A stretch of 64,000 nucleotides of DNA, taken from Octopus bimaculoides. Taxonomy: Eukaryota. Every line of letters starts with the position of its first letter. The first letter of the stretch is position 1. Both the position numbers and the translations under genes were made by a program. Positions 39,056-52,529 of this stretch are shown here, in pieces. The notes beneath the pieces are model-generated. The model searched no databases. It saw nothing but the letters and a program-made list of their open reading frames with translations, and was not told the origin of the DNA. Location of the stretch: assembly GCF_001194135.2 (NCBI RefSeq), contig NC_068992.1, forward strand, positions 7,091,900 through 7,155,899. The letters are read 5' to 3'.

Positions 39056-39266
39056 GGCAATGAGCTGGCAGAATCATTAGCATGCTGAGCAAAATGCTAA
39101 GCGGCATTTTGTCTGTCTTTACATTCTGAGTTCAAGCTCTACTGAGATCGACTTTCATCATTTTGGGGTCGGTAAATTAAGTACCAGTGAAACACTGGGG
39201 TCAATGTGATCAACTAGTCCCCTTGCCCCTAATTTCAGGCTTTGTGCCTATAGTAGAAAGGATTAT
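39056..39266 (+). mobile_element. tRNA SINE, OR1/Meta-like family, full length
   Basis: ggcaatgagctggcagaatcattagc (A-box-like), ttctgagttcaagc (B-box-like), ttcatcattttggggtcggtaaattaagtaccag core, and ggctttgtgcctatagtagaaaggattatc end. Confidence 0.75.
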
Positions 39267-39659
39267 CATTTAATGTCCGCCTTCCATGCTGGCATGGGCT
39301 GGACACTTTCACAAAAGCTGACCAAGCTGCTCTACTCTCTACTTTGGCATGGTTTCATCAGATGGATGACTATCCTAACACCAGCCCCTTTACATGTATT
39401 ATTGTATTCTAAAGTACTATGTGCATGTGTGTGTGTGTGTATGTGTGTATTTATAGATACATATATATACACACACATTCACACAGAAAAATGAATGCAG
39501 TAGAACCTTTGGTAATGAACATCTGTGGTTATGAAAACCATGGTGATGAATGTTTTTCCATTAATTTGATAATAAATCAAATCATAGATAGCAACCCCAA
39601 AAATCAAAACAATTTAATTAGAAAATAATGTAATGATATTTTGCTTTGATGCTTTAAAT

Positions 39660-39922
39660 CAATGATTCCCAACTGGGATCCATATGGCCCTTGGGGGCCC
39701 ATATAAGATTTTCTTGTTAAAATTTATCTGCAAATAAACTGCTTATGCTTCTACAATACATAAAATATTTTAACAATTTTTTTATACAATTCCTAATGAT
39801 ATTTGATTGCAAAAATATATGATTTTTTTAAACATCGAATGGCTATGCGGGTGGGGTGGGGTCTATCCAAGTAAAATAGGAAGCAAAGGGGTCTATAGGT
39901 TAGAAATGGTTGAGGAACACTG
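39660..39922. mobile_element. hAT (Charlie-like) MITE, 263 bp, with perfect 8-bp TSD
   Basis: TSD CTTTAAAT at 39652-39659 and 39923-39930. Imperfect TIRs caatgattcccaac / gttgaggaacactg resemble Charlie CAGTGGTTCTCAAC. Confidence 0.8.
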
Positions 39923-40178
39923 CTTTAAATAGTATGTTGAATTATTTCCCTTTGTTCAAACTTTTCTTACAATGAAATATACTGAGAAAAATAATTGAAA
40001 CTAAACAAAGCTTAAAGCAAATAAGAGGCTTTCAGTTTCCCATGCATGTTATTTGGAACTTGTAGTGTCATTGTGCTTCTGTTTTTTTTGTTTTTTTGCA
40101 TTTGAACCACTGGAATTTTTCAAAGAAATACTTGTATTGTGTGTATGTGTGTTTGGTTTTGTTACGGAAATATTTACC

Positions 40179-40900
40179 ATGCTGAATGCAAAGCCTACAA
40201 GAAAGAACTTTATTATTATAAAAATAAAAAAAGAGCTTATTTCCGAGAGAGAAACTGGCCTCAGTTTAAGTGAACTTAATGTGAAGTATGGATTGGTCAG
40301 ATCTACAATTTGTAACATTTTGAAGACAAAGAATGAGCTAGGAAATATAATGGTGGTGAAAACCATATGCTGGGTCATTAAACATTTGTGCCTCACGTGT
40401 GGATTAAATGGGAAATATATATCTTTAGTGTGGGTAAAAGAAAAGCAATTTGCTGGTGATTCAATGTGTGATTCATGCATTTGTGAAAAAAGCTAACTCT
40501 ATTTGTGAGGGACTTTGAAAGTGATACTCCTCTTACTAGTGACAAAAAATTAGTGGAGTTTTAAAGCTAGCAAAACTTGGTTCAAGTCGTTCAAAACATG
40601 TTCTGATTCTGGACTTCAATCTCATCAGGCAAAACAAAACTGTCAGCTCAGATTTAGTTACTGCAAAAACATATCTTGCTGAATTTTATAAAATATAAAG
40701 CGAGAATAATTTGTATTCTCATCAGATTTTTAACTGTAAGGGGAATAGCTTTCTGAGCAGGGTGGGTTTCCAGGACCTGCATTTTACAGGAGGAAGTGAC
40801 ATTGTCTAGACGTAAACCAATGAAGGTTTATGTTGGATAGCTTGCTTTTGTTTAGTAGCACTTGTAGGCGAAGACATACAAGTTAAGCATTGAAAGCACC
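40179..40900 (+). pseudogene. pogo/Tigger (TIGD1-like) transposase relic: HTH-psq, CENP-B HTH and start of DDE_1 region
   Basis: MLNAKPTRKNFIIIKIKKELISERETGLSLSELNVKYGLVRSTICNILKTK..LVWVKEKQFAGDSMCDSCICEK / FKASKTWFKSFK / TVSSDLVTAKTYLAEFYKI*SENNLYSHQIFNC / EEVTLSRRKPMK. These match the Tigger motifs STIxTILK, WxxEKQLAGD, FKASxGWF, QVFNCDETG and GHKPMKDRL; stops and frameshifts throughout. Confidence 0.85.
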
Positions 40901-41052
40901 CATTTAGGAGCTGGGCCATTGCCCATTCATCATAGAATCATAGTGTACCTTTTTTGGGCCTGGAATCATCAAGAAGCTAAGGGCATAGAAACATGATATT
41001 TGCAGCAGCAAATCTATCGATTTCAAAAAGAGTTCTTTGGTTTTGTGAGCAC

Positions 41053-41111
<59 letters not shown>

Positions 41112-41331
41112 CAACAGGATTCTCATATACATATGTGTGTATGCACATATTAGTCAGAAATATGCAAATAATTTCCAATACACATTAGTTGCATAGAAAT
41201 ATGTGTAAATTACTTGCAGGTATGTTTTATACATCATAAATATGATCTGATGTGTTTGTATTTCCTCAGAAACAGCCTAAATGCAATTCCCCACAAATAA
41301 CACACTGGGTAAAATTGACATTGTGTGTATA

Positions 41332-41371
<40 letters not shown>

Positions 41372-43789
41372 CTTTCAATTGGTTGAGAGCTTGAAGGGGA
41401 AATTCTGTATTTGAGAGGCATTAAAGGAGACTATATGTCGTCACTTGACGTGCAAGAAATAACAATCAAATTCCTCTCAAATCACACTGTCTTACAGAAA
41501 GGAAAGGTACACTAGGTGAAGTAGTCCTAAACACATCTAAAAATACAGGATAATCATGGTTGGAATGCTTTTGATCATAAATTTATTCAACAAGAATTGA
41601 CACAAATATTATTATCTATAAAATACTCCATTTTACCCATCATCATCATATTTAACATATGTTTTCTATGCTGGCATAGGCTGGACAGTTTGAAAGGAAC
41701 TAATGAGCCAGAGAGGTGTACTAAACTCTAATGCCTGCTTTGGTACAGTCTCTATAGCTGGATGCTCTTCCTAATGCCTGCCACTTTGTAGAGTGTACTG
41801 GGTGCTTTTCACATGGCACCAGCACCAGTGAGGTCACCAAGTAACTCACAAACAAGCGTGGGAAGTAGTATTGAGAGAGAGGTAGCTTTATACAAGATGT
41901 TGATAGCTTAAAGTGTGATTGAGGGACTGGAAATGGTCTCTTGCTGTAGGGGAGACATACACAGTTACCCTCAAGTTACAAGAAAGTGAATATAAAAGAA
42001 ATGGTATGGGCAGATAAAAAGCTTGGGTAAATATGAAAGAAGAGTGGCAGATGGACAGAGATGGGGTTGCAGGGAAATGTAGTGAGTGGTGAACGCGGAT
42101 GGTGATGTGGTCAGTTGGAGGGGGAGATCAAGGAAGTAGGTGAAGGTCAGAAGGTCATGTGGCAGCAATGATGATGTCACTTATTACATTTATAATTATG
42201 AACAATTGTAATGTTTACCTCACATGCAAAATATGGGATGAGTTAAGTTACCTGCGTACAATAGAAACTGCAGACATGACTGACATTATTCACATTTGAA
42301 ACTATTAGCAGAACGAACCTAGTCATCAAATCATCTTATGGAATCATGCTTTAAAACTACTTCATATTTCATCTATCAATGCTATATCAGAGTTCTTTAA
42401 TATCTTTCTGACACACTTACTGTTTCATAATTTTCTCTTTTAGATATTTTTTTATGGTTTCACATCATTCATATATATCTACTAAACTGTTGGACATATT
42501 TCCAATACAAACAAGAAGAGAACAGTAAAACTATATTGTATTTTAACTGTACTTATTATATCATGATTCTTATATATTTTTTACGTCAGCCTTAGTTATT
42601 ATATTATAGTTTCTCTTTACAGTTTTTATAATATCATTTCATTCACACATGTACTAAACAGTTAGACATCTTTCCAACACAAACACACATGCAAAATATA
42701 GTAAATCTATATTATATCTGTAGTTATGTTTTAGTTTTTATATATTCTTCCACCAGCTTCTGTTATTATATTATCATTTTTTCTAGCTTCTTCTTATATT
42801 GCATACCTAAGCAACTCTGGGTACTAACAAGTATTTAATAAAATTAGTAATAAAAATAAAGGATCCCAGCTGTATTTTTCTTCAAAACTATATTGCAAAC
42901 TAACATTAAGATCCATAATGAACAAATTTATAGCATAAGTATGACACTTTTTCCCCTTTATATATACATAACTGGTTTTGTATGCAGACAAAATTATAAA
43001 CAGCTATTTCTATGTGTATCGGCAATGCAAAACTTTTTCATATACGAAGGAAAAAACTAAATATCTGAGAAAGTGATGATTGTCTGCGCTAGCAAAGCTG
43101 AATAAATAAATAAAATAACAAAACAATCAGTTAATAAAATTTATGAAATATGTTCATGTGATGTGGTGATTCAGTCTCTTCTTGGGGCAGACATGAATAT
43201 TTTTTTACATGTAGAGGAACAAAGATAACAGAATAGAAGGAAAGACTATGTAGCAAGACCTTCACAACCATTCTAATACTGTTCTCGTATTACAACTACA
43301 TGCATATATTAATTTCTAATATAACCATAAGGACTCAGTTTTTGCAGAGGTGGAAGAAGTATAGTTATTTACATCAACTCCAGTGCTTGACTGACCCTTT
43401 TTCAATCAACCCTGAAAGGTTGAAAAACAAAGTTGAACCTAACAGAACTTGAACTTGAAACATACCTAAATATTGTATGACATTTTATCCATTCTTCTAT
43501 TGAATCTGTTATTTCATAAATTAGCATTTTTTCCATTCTGATACAGTAACTCATCATCATTTTATTGTCTACTCTTCCATGCTTGTGTGAGTCACACAGA
43601 CCTCACTGTGGCAGATTCTTTACAGCCAAATACATTGGTAATAAAGGATTCCAGATTTGTACTTTCCTTTGGTACCTGAATGGCTATGGGATTAAGAAAT
43701 TTACTTTGAAATCATAAAGTTCTTGGTTTGATCCAACTATGCAGCATTTAAGGAGACCAATTTCTCCCGCTGTTGTTTCAAGTTATTTC

Positions 43790-44090
43790 CAGATATCATA
43801 CATAGCTTGAGATTAGAAAATCTCTCCAGGTCAAGCAGCTACTTCCCTATATTGGGCAGTCACAGCTCCAGTACAACATATGTGATTAGACTGCTTCCGG
43901 ATAGAATTGCAAGAAGGATTCTTCAAGCTGAGTCCACCGGCAGAAGTCCCAGGGGTCTACCAAAATCAAAATGGTTGAATAATACTCATGGTCTCAGTTG
44001 GTCACATTTGGAAATCCAGCTGGAAAGTGTAATGATGATTGCTTTTGGTGGGACCCTATGGAGGAGGTGTCTGAAAACTAAACCCTAATA
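43790..44090 (+). mobile_element. RTE-clade LINE RT C-terminal fragment (different family from 23375)
   Basis: QLLPYIGQSQLQY / VIRLLPDRIARRILQAESTGRSPRGLPKSKWLNNTHGLSWSHLEI resembles IERSQLRWFGHVxRMPxxR...GxRPRGRPxxRW. Confidence 0.75.
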
Positions 44091-45323
44091 ATTCTCCTAA
44101 GCATAATGAGTAGAGAAGATAGATGAATGGATGGATAAATAGAAATTGGGTAGACCAAACCTGTGTGTAAGGCAAGTGAAAAGGCTGAACTTGTTTTTAG
44201 GTGAAAGGCTCAATCTGTCACCACCCGGTCAAAGGCACGTTTAATGGAGTCCACACTCGGAACTGATCTTCAATTTGAAAATAACTTTTGACACTAGTCT
44301 CAGAGGCCCTTCAAAACATTCATAGATGCTGTCCTTCCTCTGCTCACAAGTCATAAAAGCAACAGTGACAACAAAAATATAAGCTTGGAAGTAATTCTGG
44401 ATCACAATTCCAACTACAAGCTTTGTATTTGGGAAGAGCAACAAACAACAGCTGTACTACAGCAGTTCTCATGTTCAGCAATTGAAAGAAGTTCAGCCAG
44501 CTGGAAGTTCGGGATATTTCTGGAACAGACTTTGGCTTAAGTCACAAACTTCAATTGTCTTAGCTTAATGACAATGGGTTTGCTTGTTTCAAGTAGCTTT
44601 CTTTTTATTTTTTCTGTAGAAGTGATATTGAAACACACACACACATATATATATATAGATATAGATGTATATTTATTCATATACATTTAGAAAGATATAT
44701 ACGTATACATACATATATATATATATATATATTTGTACATATGTTTATATAGGTATAAACATATACTTCTGTATAATTGTGTGTGTGTGTGCGTGCACGC
44801 TCATGTGCGTAGGTGTATATATGTATAAAAGCCTGCATAAGAAATTTCCTCTCTTTCCAATGAAGACATTTGCCTGAAACATTAGACTTCTTTTCTTCCT
44901 TATGACAAAGTTTATTCCACCGCTTGAACTATTTTTACCTTTACATTTTGTTGATGCAGAACATCTCTAGTTTCATAACAGTTTACAGTCTTTATGATAA
45001 CAATGGCATATGTATATATATGTGTGTATATGTATGTTTGTGTGTATGTACGTTTTTTGTGTGTGTGTGTGTAGATAGACAAACAGATAGATAGACATAT
45101 AGCTGGTTAGTTAGTCTGTGTGTATGTGTATTTGTTTAAAAGCAGTGATTGACTCCATCATTATTCAGAGCTCGTCTTTTTGTCACCTGAAGGATCTCAC
45201 ATTTTAAGAATCATTGAGTAGTGTCAAAGTTATTCATAAATTTGAATAAATTACTCACTCCATGTCTACTATTTATAGTTCCAAATGTATGTATCTACAC
45301 ACGCATGCACACACACACATGCA

Positions 45324-45384
<61 letters not shown>

Positions 45385-46004
45385 TATAATGTCAGCAATG
45401 TGCAGGCCTCTGTATAATCACATATCTAGTTAGAAATGGAAGCCAAATTTCTAACTGAGAGACTTATAGCTGCTATTTCTTGTAGGCTGAGCAACTACAA
45501 AGAGACTCTTTTATAGGCTTAACACTCTTCTGTTACTGTTGCTGCTCAACTCTGGATGAGCAAATCTCTAATTAAAAAAATTTTAAGGATATCTAAAATT
45601 ATATTATCTACTGTACATGGGCAGATTCAGCGATATACAGGGGCTCTTTATTGGTTCCATTTTTTTATCCCTTTTTTTATATATTCCATGCTAAATAAAA
45701 ATTCCTTGGCCACCCTCTAAAAATATATATTTAAAATTGAAAATATATAATGATAAATGTTTGATATGATGATATGATAGGTAAACAGTTTCATTGCTGT
45801 ATGTTGTATATAGAGAGTTCATGATCACAGATGTTAATTGCCTTCTTTTTATCATCAAAGTAAATAACAGAAAGAAATTATTCACTTAATTTATTACTAT
45901 TATCTTTGTTTTATTTTATTAATTTTTTTTTTTGCTGTTTCATATTGATATTATTAATTACTTTTCTATTATATTTCAATCAGAAAATTTGAAACAAATT
46001 GAAT

Positions 46005-46035
<31 letters not shown>

Positions 46036-46084
46036 TATGTATACACATATATATTTGTTTATCTTACCATCATGGAGCAGTACA

Positions 46085-46141
<57 letters not shown>

Positions 46142-46165
46142 NNNNNNNNNNNNNNNNNNNNNNNN

Positions 46166-46211
<46 letters not shown>

Positions 46212-48283
46212 GTAAATATATATATATATACAAATATATATATGTATGTAAATAAATATATATACATGTATATATATATACACATATATATACACGTTTG
46301 TGTATATAGATATATATACACATATATATACACATTTGTGTATATAGATATATATACACATATATATGTGTGTATATAGATATACATACACATATATATG
46401 CACACACATTTACATGTATGTATGTGTGTGTATGTATGAATATGCAAATATATTGACAGAGTAATTTGTTGGTCATTTTATTTCTTCAATATAAGTTTTC
46501 TAACACTTTATGGGGTGATTTATATTAATTTATGATCTGAGTTTTTATTATTTTAAATTAGATATTGTTGGAATTCACTAATTAATCTTTTTTATTTCTA
46601 TTTATTTGTTTATTGTACACTGCTACAGAAAATATTGTCTAATAAACAAATTTGTTTTTACACACACACACACACACATACACACATTTTGGTTTTTTTT
46701 TCCTAAATAAATGCAAAATGTTCCTTCTGATTTACTTTTGACATTCCCTTCTGACATTGTCTTTTATACACTTATTTTTGTCTCTTGCTAAAATAAGTTG
46801 AATAAATATATGTAACTTTTATTCTTTTCCTCTGGCAATCATGTGTGTGGTTTCCATTAAATTTTATTCATTTTATTTAATTATTTATGAAATAAATAAA
46901 ATATTTTATAAGTAAAATTATCCAATAAATTATTGGTTGCTGCTGAATCAACATTATTAAAGAGGAATTTAAGTCACTTCATCGATGAAATATTTTTAGA
47001 TTTATTTTATTTGAGTCACTGTAATTGCGTTATTAGCAAAATGTTTTTGACAACCTTATAAATACTTCAGCTCTGATGAGCTGCTGCCTCTACAAAACAC
47101 AAGTTAACTAGATATTTGACAAGTTAAAAACGGAGGTCAAATCTCTCAGACTGTACTCTGTCATCCTTAAGGTGGGTGAGATATTTGGTGAGATATTTGG
47201 ACATTATTGTTTGAAAACTATGTCTGAAAAGCAGGGTTTTCATGGCTTGAATAGTTTTGCTCATGGGTAGCTGATTGATGATTAACGAATGTTGATCTGG
47301 GGCTAAGCAACTGCAAAAGAAAATGAGAAAGAAGAACTCAAGTATGGCCTATACTTCAGTACCACTCATTCATCTGGCTTAATACTGCTAGTCATTCAAA
47401 CCTCTGAGACCACATCTGAAAGATGGAAATGACTCATCATCATTATCATCATCATCATCGTCATCATTTAAAGCCTATTTTCCATGTTGGCATGGGTTGG
47501 ACGGTTTGACATGAGTTGGCCAGCTGAAGAGCTGCCCAGGCCCCATGTCTGGTTCAGCATGGTTTCTACAGCTGGATGTTCTTCCTAACACCAACCACTT
47601 TACAGAATAACAGGTAGGGTATGCAACCATCATACAATACTGGTAATTTTAAATGTGATTCTTGCCAAAAAGAAATGTATCATATAATTACATCAAATAT
47701 ATATATGTGAGGAGCTTCTTTTAGTTTTTGTCTATCAAATTCACTCACAAAGCTTTGGTCAGCCCAGAACTATCATGGAAGACACTTGCACAAGGTACCA
47801 CCACCCTATGAAAATTCCATATCAATTACAAGGCATAGCAGAGAAGTCATGACAGGTCATTCACTGACTTGGTGGTGCATATGGAAAAAAAAAAAGTCTC
47901 TTTGATAATGATTTATCATAGCTATTATATTCTATACTGTTCAGGGAATTAGTAGCATTAAATCAAGACTAGTGGGGCAGCGGGGGGATTCATTTTCTTC
48001 TACAGAAATTCTATTTCCTCATTCTGACTACATATTCTGCATAGTTCTAATAACCAAGAATGTGGAAATACGGAAATCTGTTAAAATACCTTTCAGGATT
48101 CTATTCATATTGATGAGATATTAGTTTTTGTCTCTTCCTATTCTGGAGGTAATCAACATATCTTTTGCTTCTTTCTTTCTTTTTCCTTGCTGCTGATAAT
48201 TTTCTAAATGTTTTTCTTTTGGTTTGAGAAAAGGGTTTTTTGTTTTCTTTAAATAGTTTGACTCTCATTTTTATACCTTCTAC

Positions 48284-48328
<45 letters not shown>

Positions 48329-48329
48329 T

Positions 48330-48990
48330 AGGGTTATTGTTTAATTATTTCAGCTTTTTCAATTAACTCTGCATTTTCATCATGGTATTCTCTCTGTGTT
48401 GCAGATGTCAGTTTCCATTTAATCTTAGTGCTACTAATATCATTACACAAATAATTCTGTTCTCATGGACCTTATCTTTTTATCAGCCCTTGTTTTCACT
48501 TTCCCATTGTAGTGTGATTGCTTTCCCTGTTCCCTATAGTTATGGGTTGGCTTGCTTCTCTAACTACAGAATCTGTTACATACCGAAGGCAGTTTATATC
48601 TGTGCATGACAGCTTCTTAATGGAACTTCATTTCCAAGCAGAGTCAGTGTGGCTCCCATTATTTAGCATTTTGTTATTGTTTACTTTTATTAAAGATTCA
48701 TAATCATGAAGTAGACTTTCTCCTAATGAATTGTATTACTCTCAGATCTGCTCTTTGACATCATTAATAAATATCTTCTTCATCCCTTTGTGATTCTCAT
48801 ATTCTGAATAACATCTCAACTTAGGTCAATCTCTATCTGGTCTTATTGAAGCAAGTTCAAGCTTTCTGCGATTCCGTAATTGAAATGTCTTGTGTTTTCT
48901 TCATGATGAGATTTCCATGTATTTTTGTAATCATATGTTAGCATTCAGAAATGTCAGTCAACTTTTTTTCTAATTTGAACCTGTTCGCCA
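48330..48990 (-). mobile_element. Possible highly decayed R4/Dong-like non-LTR 3' end with (TAA)n tail
   Basis: The minus strand ends in a (TAA)n run (48285-48328). There are faint frame fragments YKSKQ*QNAK*WEPH*LC and TDSVVREASQPITI, reminiscent of YKRRHDNVAKIVHWKLC and TDHVIEARRPDIV. Weak. Confidence 0.3.
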
Positions 48991-51680
48991 TAGCATATTG
49001 ATATTGTTGCTGTTGTTTAACTTCTGATAAACTCCGATTAAACCAATCTATAACCAAAGGTATTCCAGCCATGACGACTCCATCTTTTTATCAATACATA
49101 AACTAAAACTACATTACCCCATGAATTCTTAGTTTTCCTTACTTTTCTGACAGAAGGACATAACTTGAGAATAATTTGCTTGTTATTTCTAGTAGGATGA
49201 GTAATTTCATAGTGACTTCCTCAGGTGCCTGGATTGAAAATCAAAATTAATCTGGGTAGAATTTGAACTCAGAATGTAAAAGAATCTCATTGCCTTAATG
49301 TTGATAACTTCTGTGTAAATAAAGTAACTATGACTACGTTGCACTCATCTTTGTCTTTTAGTTTTCCTCCAACTCTAGTTGTGCTCATCCTTATGAGTGT
49401 GTGTGGCACATTTGTGAGTCAATGTTTGAAATACACAATAAGTGGTCACATGGCTAAATGTTACATTTCATCAAGTGCGTCTTGGTTTAGACTAGAAAAT
49501 ATCAAATGGGATCATCATCATCATCATCTTCATAATGTACAATGTCCACTGTTCCATACTTACATGGGTCAAATGGAATTTGATGTGGTACATTTTCCAT
49601 GGCCAGATGCATCTCCCTGTCACCAACCCTCATCTGTTTCCAAGTAAGATAATATTTCCCTTTTACCAGAATATTGGAAACAAAGGACATAACTTGCGTT
49701 AGGGTGACATTTGTTTATAATTATCATGTGATATCAAGGCAAGGAGACAGTAACCACACACACACACACACATTTGCAAAGGGTTTCTTTTAGTTTCCAT
49801 CTACCAAATCCACTTACAAGGCTTTGATTGTCCCATGGCTATAGTAGAAGATACTTGCTGAAAATGCCATGCAGTGGGTTCTGAATTCACAGCCATGTAC
49901 TTAGGAAGCAAATATCTTAACAAACACCACAAAATAATTTTGTTCTTGAATATTAATATTTATAGATTTTAAACTGAATATTTGCTAAAAAGTAGACACC
50001 AAACAGGAAACTCAGACGTGATGTCAGTACTGAATTAACATCTGATCATCTGATAAAAAAATTTGTAAGTTACCAACATATACAAATGAATTGTTTTTTT
50101 GTTCACTCTTAATCATTGTCTAATTTATAGACTCTAAATTACATGCCATCCTTCGTTTTTGTTTAACTTCATGTCAACCCTGATGTAACAGATTTATGAT
50201 GAAAATTTATTCAAACCCTGGCCATGCTACCACATTTAGAAGTTAAAAAGTGATCTGAGGGAGATTTGGTTATGAATTCAAATAGGTCAAGCAACCACAT
50301 AGAGATATTCTCTTTGTTGTATGGGTCCCCATGTATTGGCAGAGAATGTCATTATTCTGGAAGAAACAGCAACAACAATAATAAAACCTTGAAAACATTC
50401 TCAACAATGAGGAATTACCAAGAGATAATTCTATGTGGCATCAACATGAAAAGCCATAAATAAGTTCAGATATGTTTCATTATTATTCTGACCTCCTCAG
50501 TGAAGGAGTTACAGTCTAAATAATTACTACTACCTATTTTACATTCTAGTTAAATAATAGTTGCTCTTCTTCAAAAAGATTGCTGATTTGTATAATAATG
50601 TTTCTTTTTTTCCCCAAGGACAACGCAGACATAAATATGATAATACAATACAATACAAACATATTTGGGCATAATAATATATGTCTCCTTTGTAAACCTA
50701 ACCCGTCAGTCTAAATTATGGGTTTGTAGTTATCATTACACATGATGAGAAGCTTTTACCTATTTTTCTGTCCCAAATTTCCCAAGAGCAATATTTATTG
50801 CTGAAGAGATCTAAATTAATTTCAATACGTGTTCTTCCACCCACTAAATGGTTTTTATCTTTGTTCTGATTTATTGTATGACATAGAACAATCTTCAGAC
50901 TAGTTTTCCAAAACATTTCCTACCCAAGAACTTGTGTTTGTGTTGTTGTTTTCTTTTCTTCAAACTTTTGACTTTTATTTTTTTTATTTTTTTATTCATT
51001 TCTATAGAACTATTATATTATCTCAGTATTGCTGATCATTGTAGTTGCTGCTGCTGCTATTGTTGTTGTTAAGGTGAAAGATTATTAGAGTATCAGAAAA
51101 ACTGCCTTGGATCATTTGGTTTTGACTCTTCACATTTTGGGTTCAAATTCTGCCAAGAACAATTTTTCTTCTCTTCCTTCTACAGTTGATAAAATAAAAT
51201 ACCAGTCAATATAATCAACTAACCCTCTTCGCTCAAAATTGCTCATCTTGTGCAATTCTTCTTCTTCTTCTTCTTATTATTATTATTATTATAGCAGTTT
51301 GGTAGAAATTGTAGAGCAGTTGACAAAATGGCTAACAGTATTTAGGTATGCTGCTTTATGTTCTGAGTTCATATCCCACTATGACCAAATTTGCCACTTT
51401 CTTTCTGTATTCTTCAAAAACAATAGGGATGTCAGAAATATCTAGATAACATCCCAGGAGAACCATGCCTCATCCCTAGAAAAACTTTATCAATTTGAAT
51501 GTCTGATTTGAATTACATGAAGATATTTCGCTACTGTCCCTGCCACTTCCCCTCCCCAAGCTTTCAGTCATACTGTAACATCTCTTATCCTTCACTCACC
51601 TGAGGATGCTGTGTGTGTGTCACAGCAAGTGATTGTAACAAACATGCTAATTAAAAGTAAATAATAATAATAATAATAAT

Positions 51681-51939
51681 CGTTTAACATCCGCTTTCCA
51701 TGCTAGCATGGGTTGGACGATTTGACTGAGGACTGGTGAACCAGATGGCTACACCAGGCTCCAATCTGATTTGGCCGAGTTTCTATAGTTGGATGCCCTT
51801 CCTAACGCCAACCACTCCGAGAGTGTAGTGGGTGTTTTTCCGTGCCATCGGCACAAGTGCCAGGAAGGCGACGCTGGGCACAGGTGCCATCACGATTTCG
51901 CTTTCGCTTGCCCCAACAGGCCTTCGCAAGCCGAGTTCC
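51681..51939 (-). mobile_element. Young RTE-type 3' end inserted in an (AAT)n tract
   Basis: cgtttaacatccgctttccatgctagcatgggttggacg...; flanked on both sides by aataataataat (51669-51680 and 51940-51951). Confidence 0.85.
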
Positions 51940-51951
51940 AATAATAATAAT

Positions 51952-52190
51952 CCCTTCTACAATGAGCACAAGGCCTAAAATTTGGGTGGGGAAGCTAGTC
52001 GATTACATCAACCCCAGTATTTGACTGGTACTTATTTTATCTACCCCCAAAGGAATGAAAGGCAAAGTCGACCTCAGTGGAGTTTGAACTTGTAACGTAA
52101 AGATGGACGAAGTGCCACTAAGCATTTTGCTTGGCATGCTAACAGCTTCACCAGCTCACCACCTTAATAATAATGATAATATCAATAATA

Positions 52191-52221
<31 letters not shown>

Positions 52222-52433
52222 TGGTTTCAAATTTTGGCACAAGACCAGCAATTTGGGGGAAAAGGATAAATCGATGTAATTGATGCTGGAGCTCAACTGG
52301 TACTTACTTTATCGATCTGAAAGGCCGAAAGGCAAAGTCAACCTTGGCAGAATCTGAACTCAGGGTATAAAGATGGATGAAATACTGCAAAGAATTTTTT
52401 CCAGCATGTTAACAATTCTGCCAACTTGCCATC

Positions 52434-52436
<3 letters not shown>
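51952..52436 (-). mobile_element. Two head-to-tail OR1/Meta-like SINE copies separated by TAA-rich repeats
   Basis: Both contain ctggtactta(t/c)tttatc...aaaggcaaagtc(g/a)acct...gaact and end ...cttaataataat. Confidence 0.8.
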
Positions 52437-52471
<35 letters not shown>

Positions 52472-52529
52472 TCTGGTCATTATAAGTATTTCTGTTCATA
52501 TCCCAATGACTTTATAAAATGATTGTTTT

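Noticed and set aside
40053-40496. 147-aa ORF as an intact TIGD/CENP-B-like gene
   Set aside because: Homology continues past the stop through several frameshifts and stops, and the N-terminal 42 aa are low-complexity flank; treated as a transposase pseudogene.
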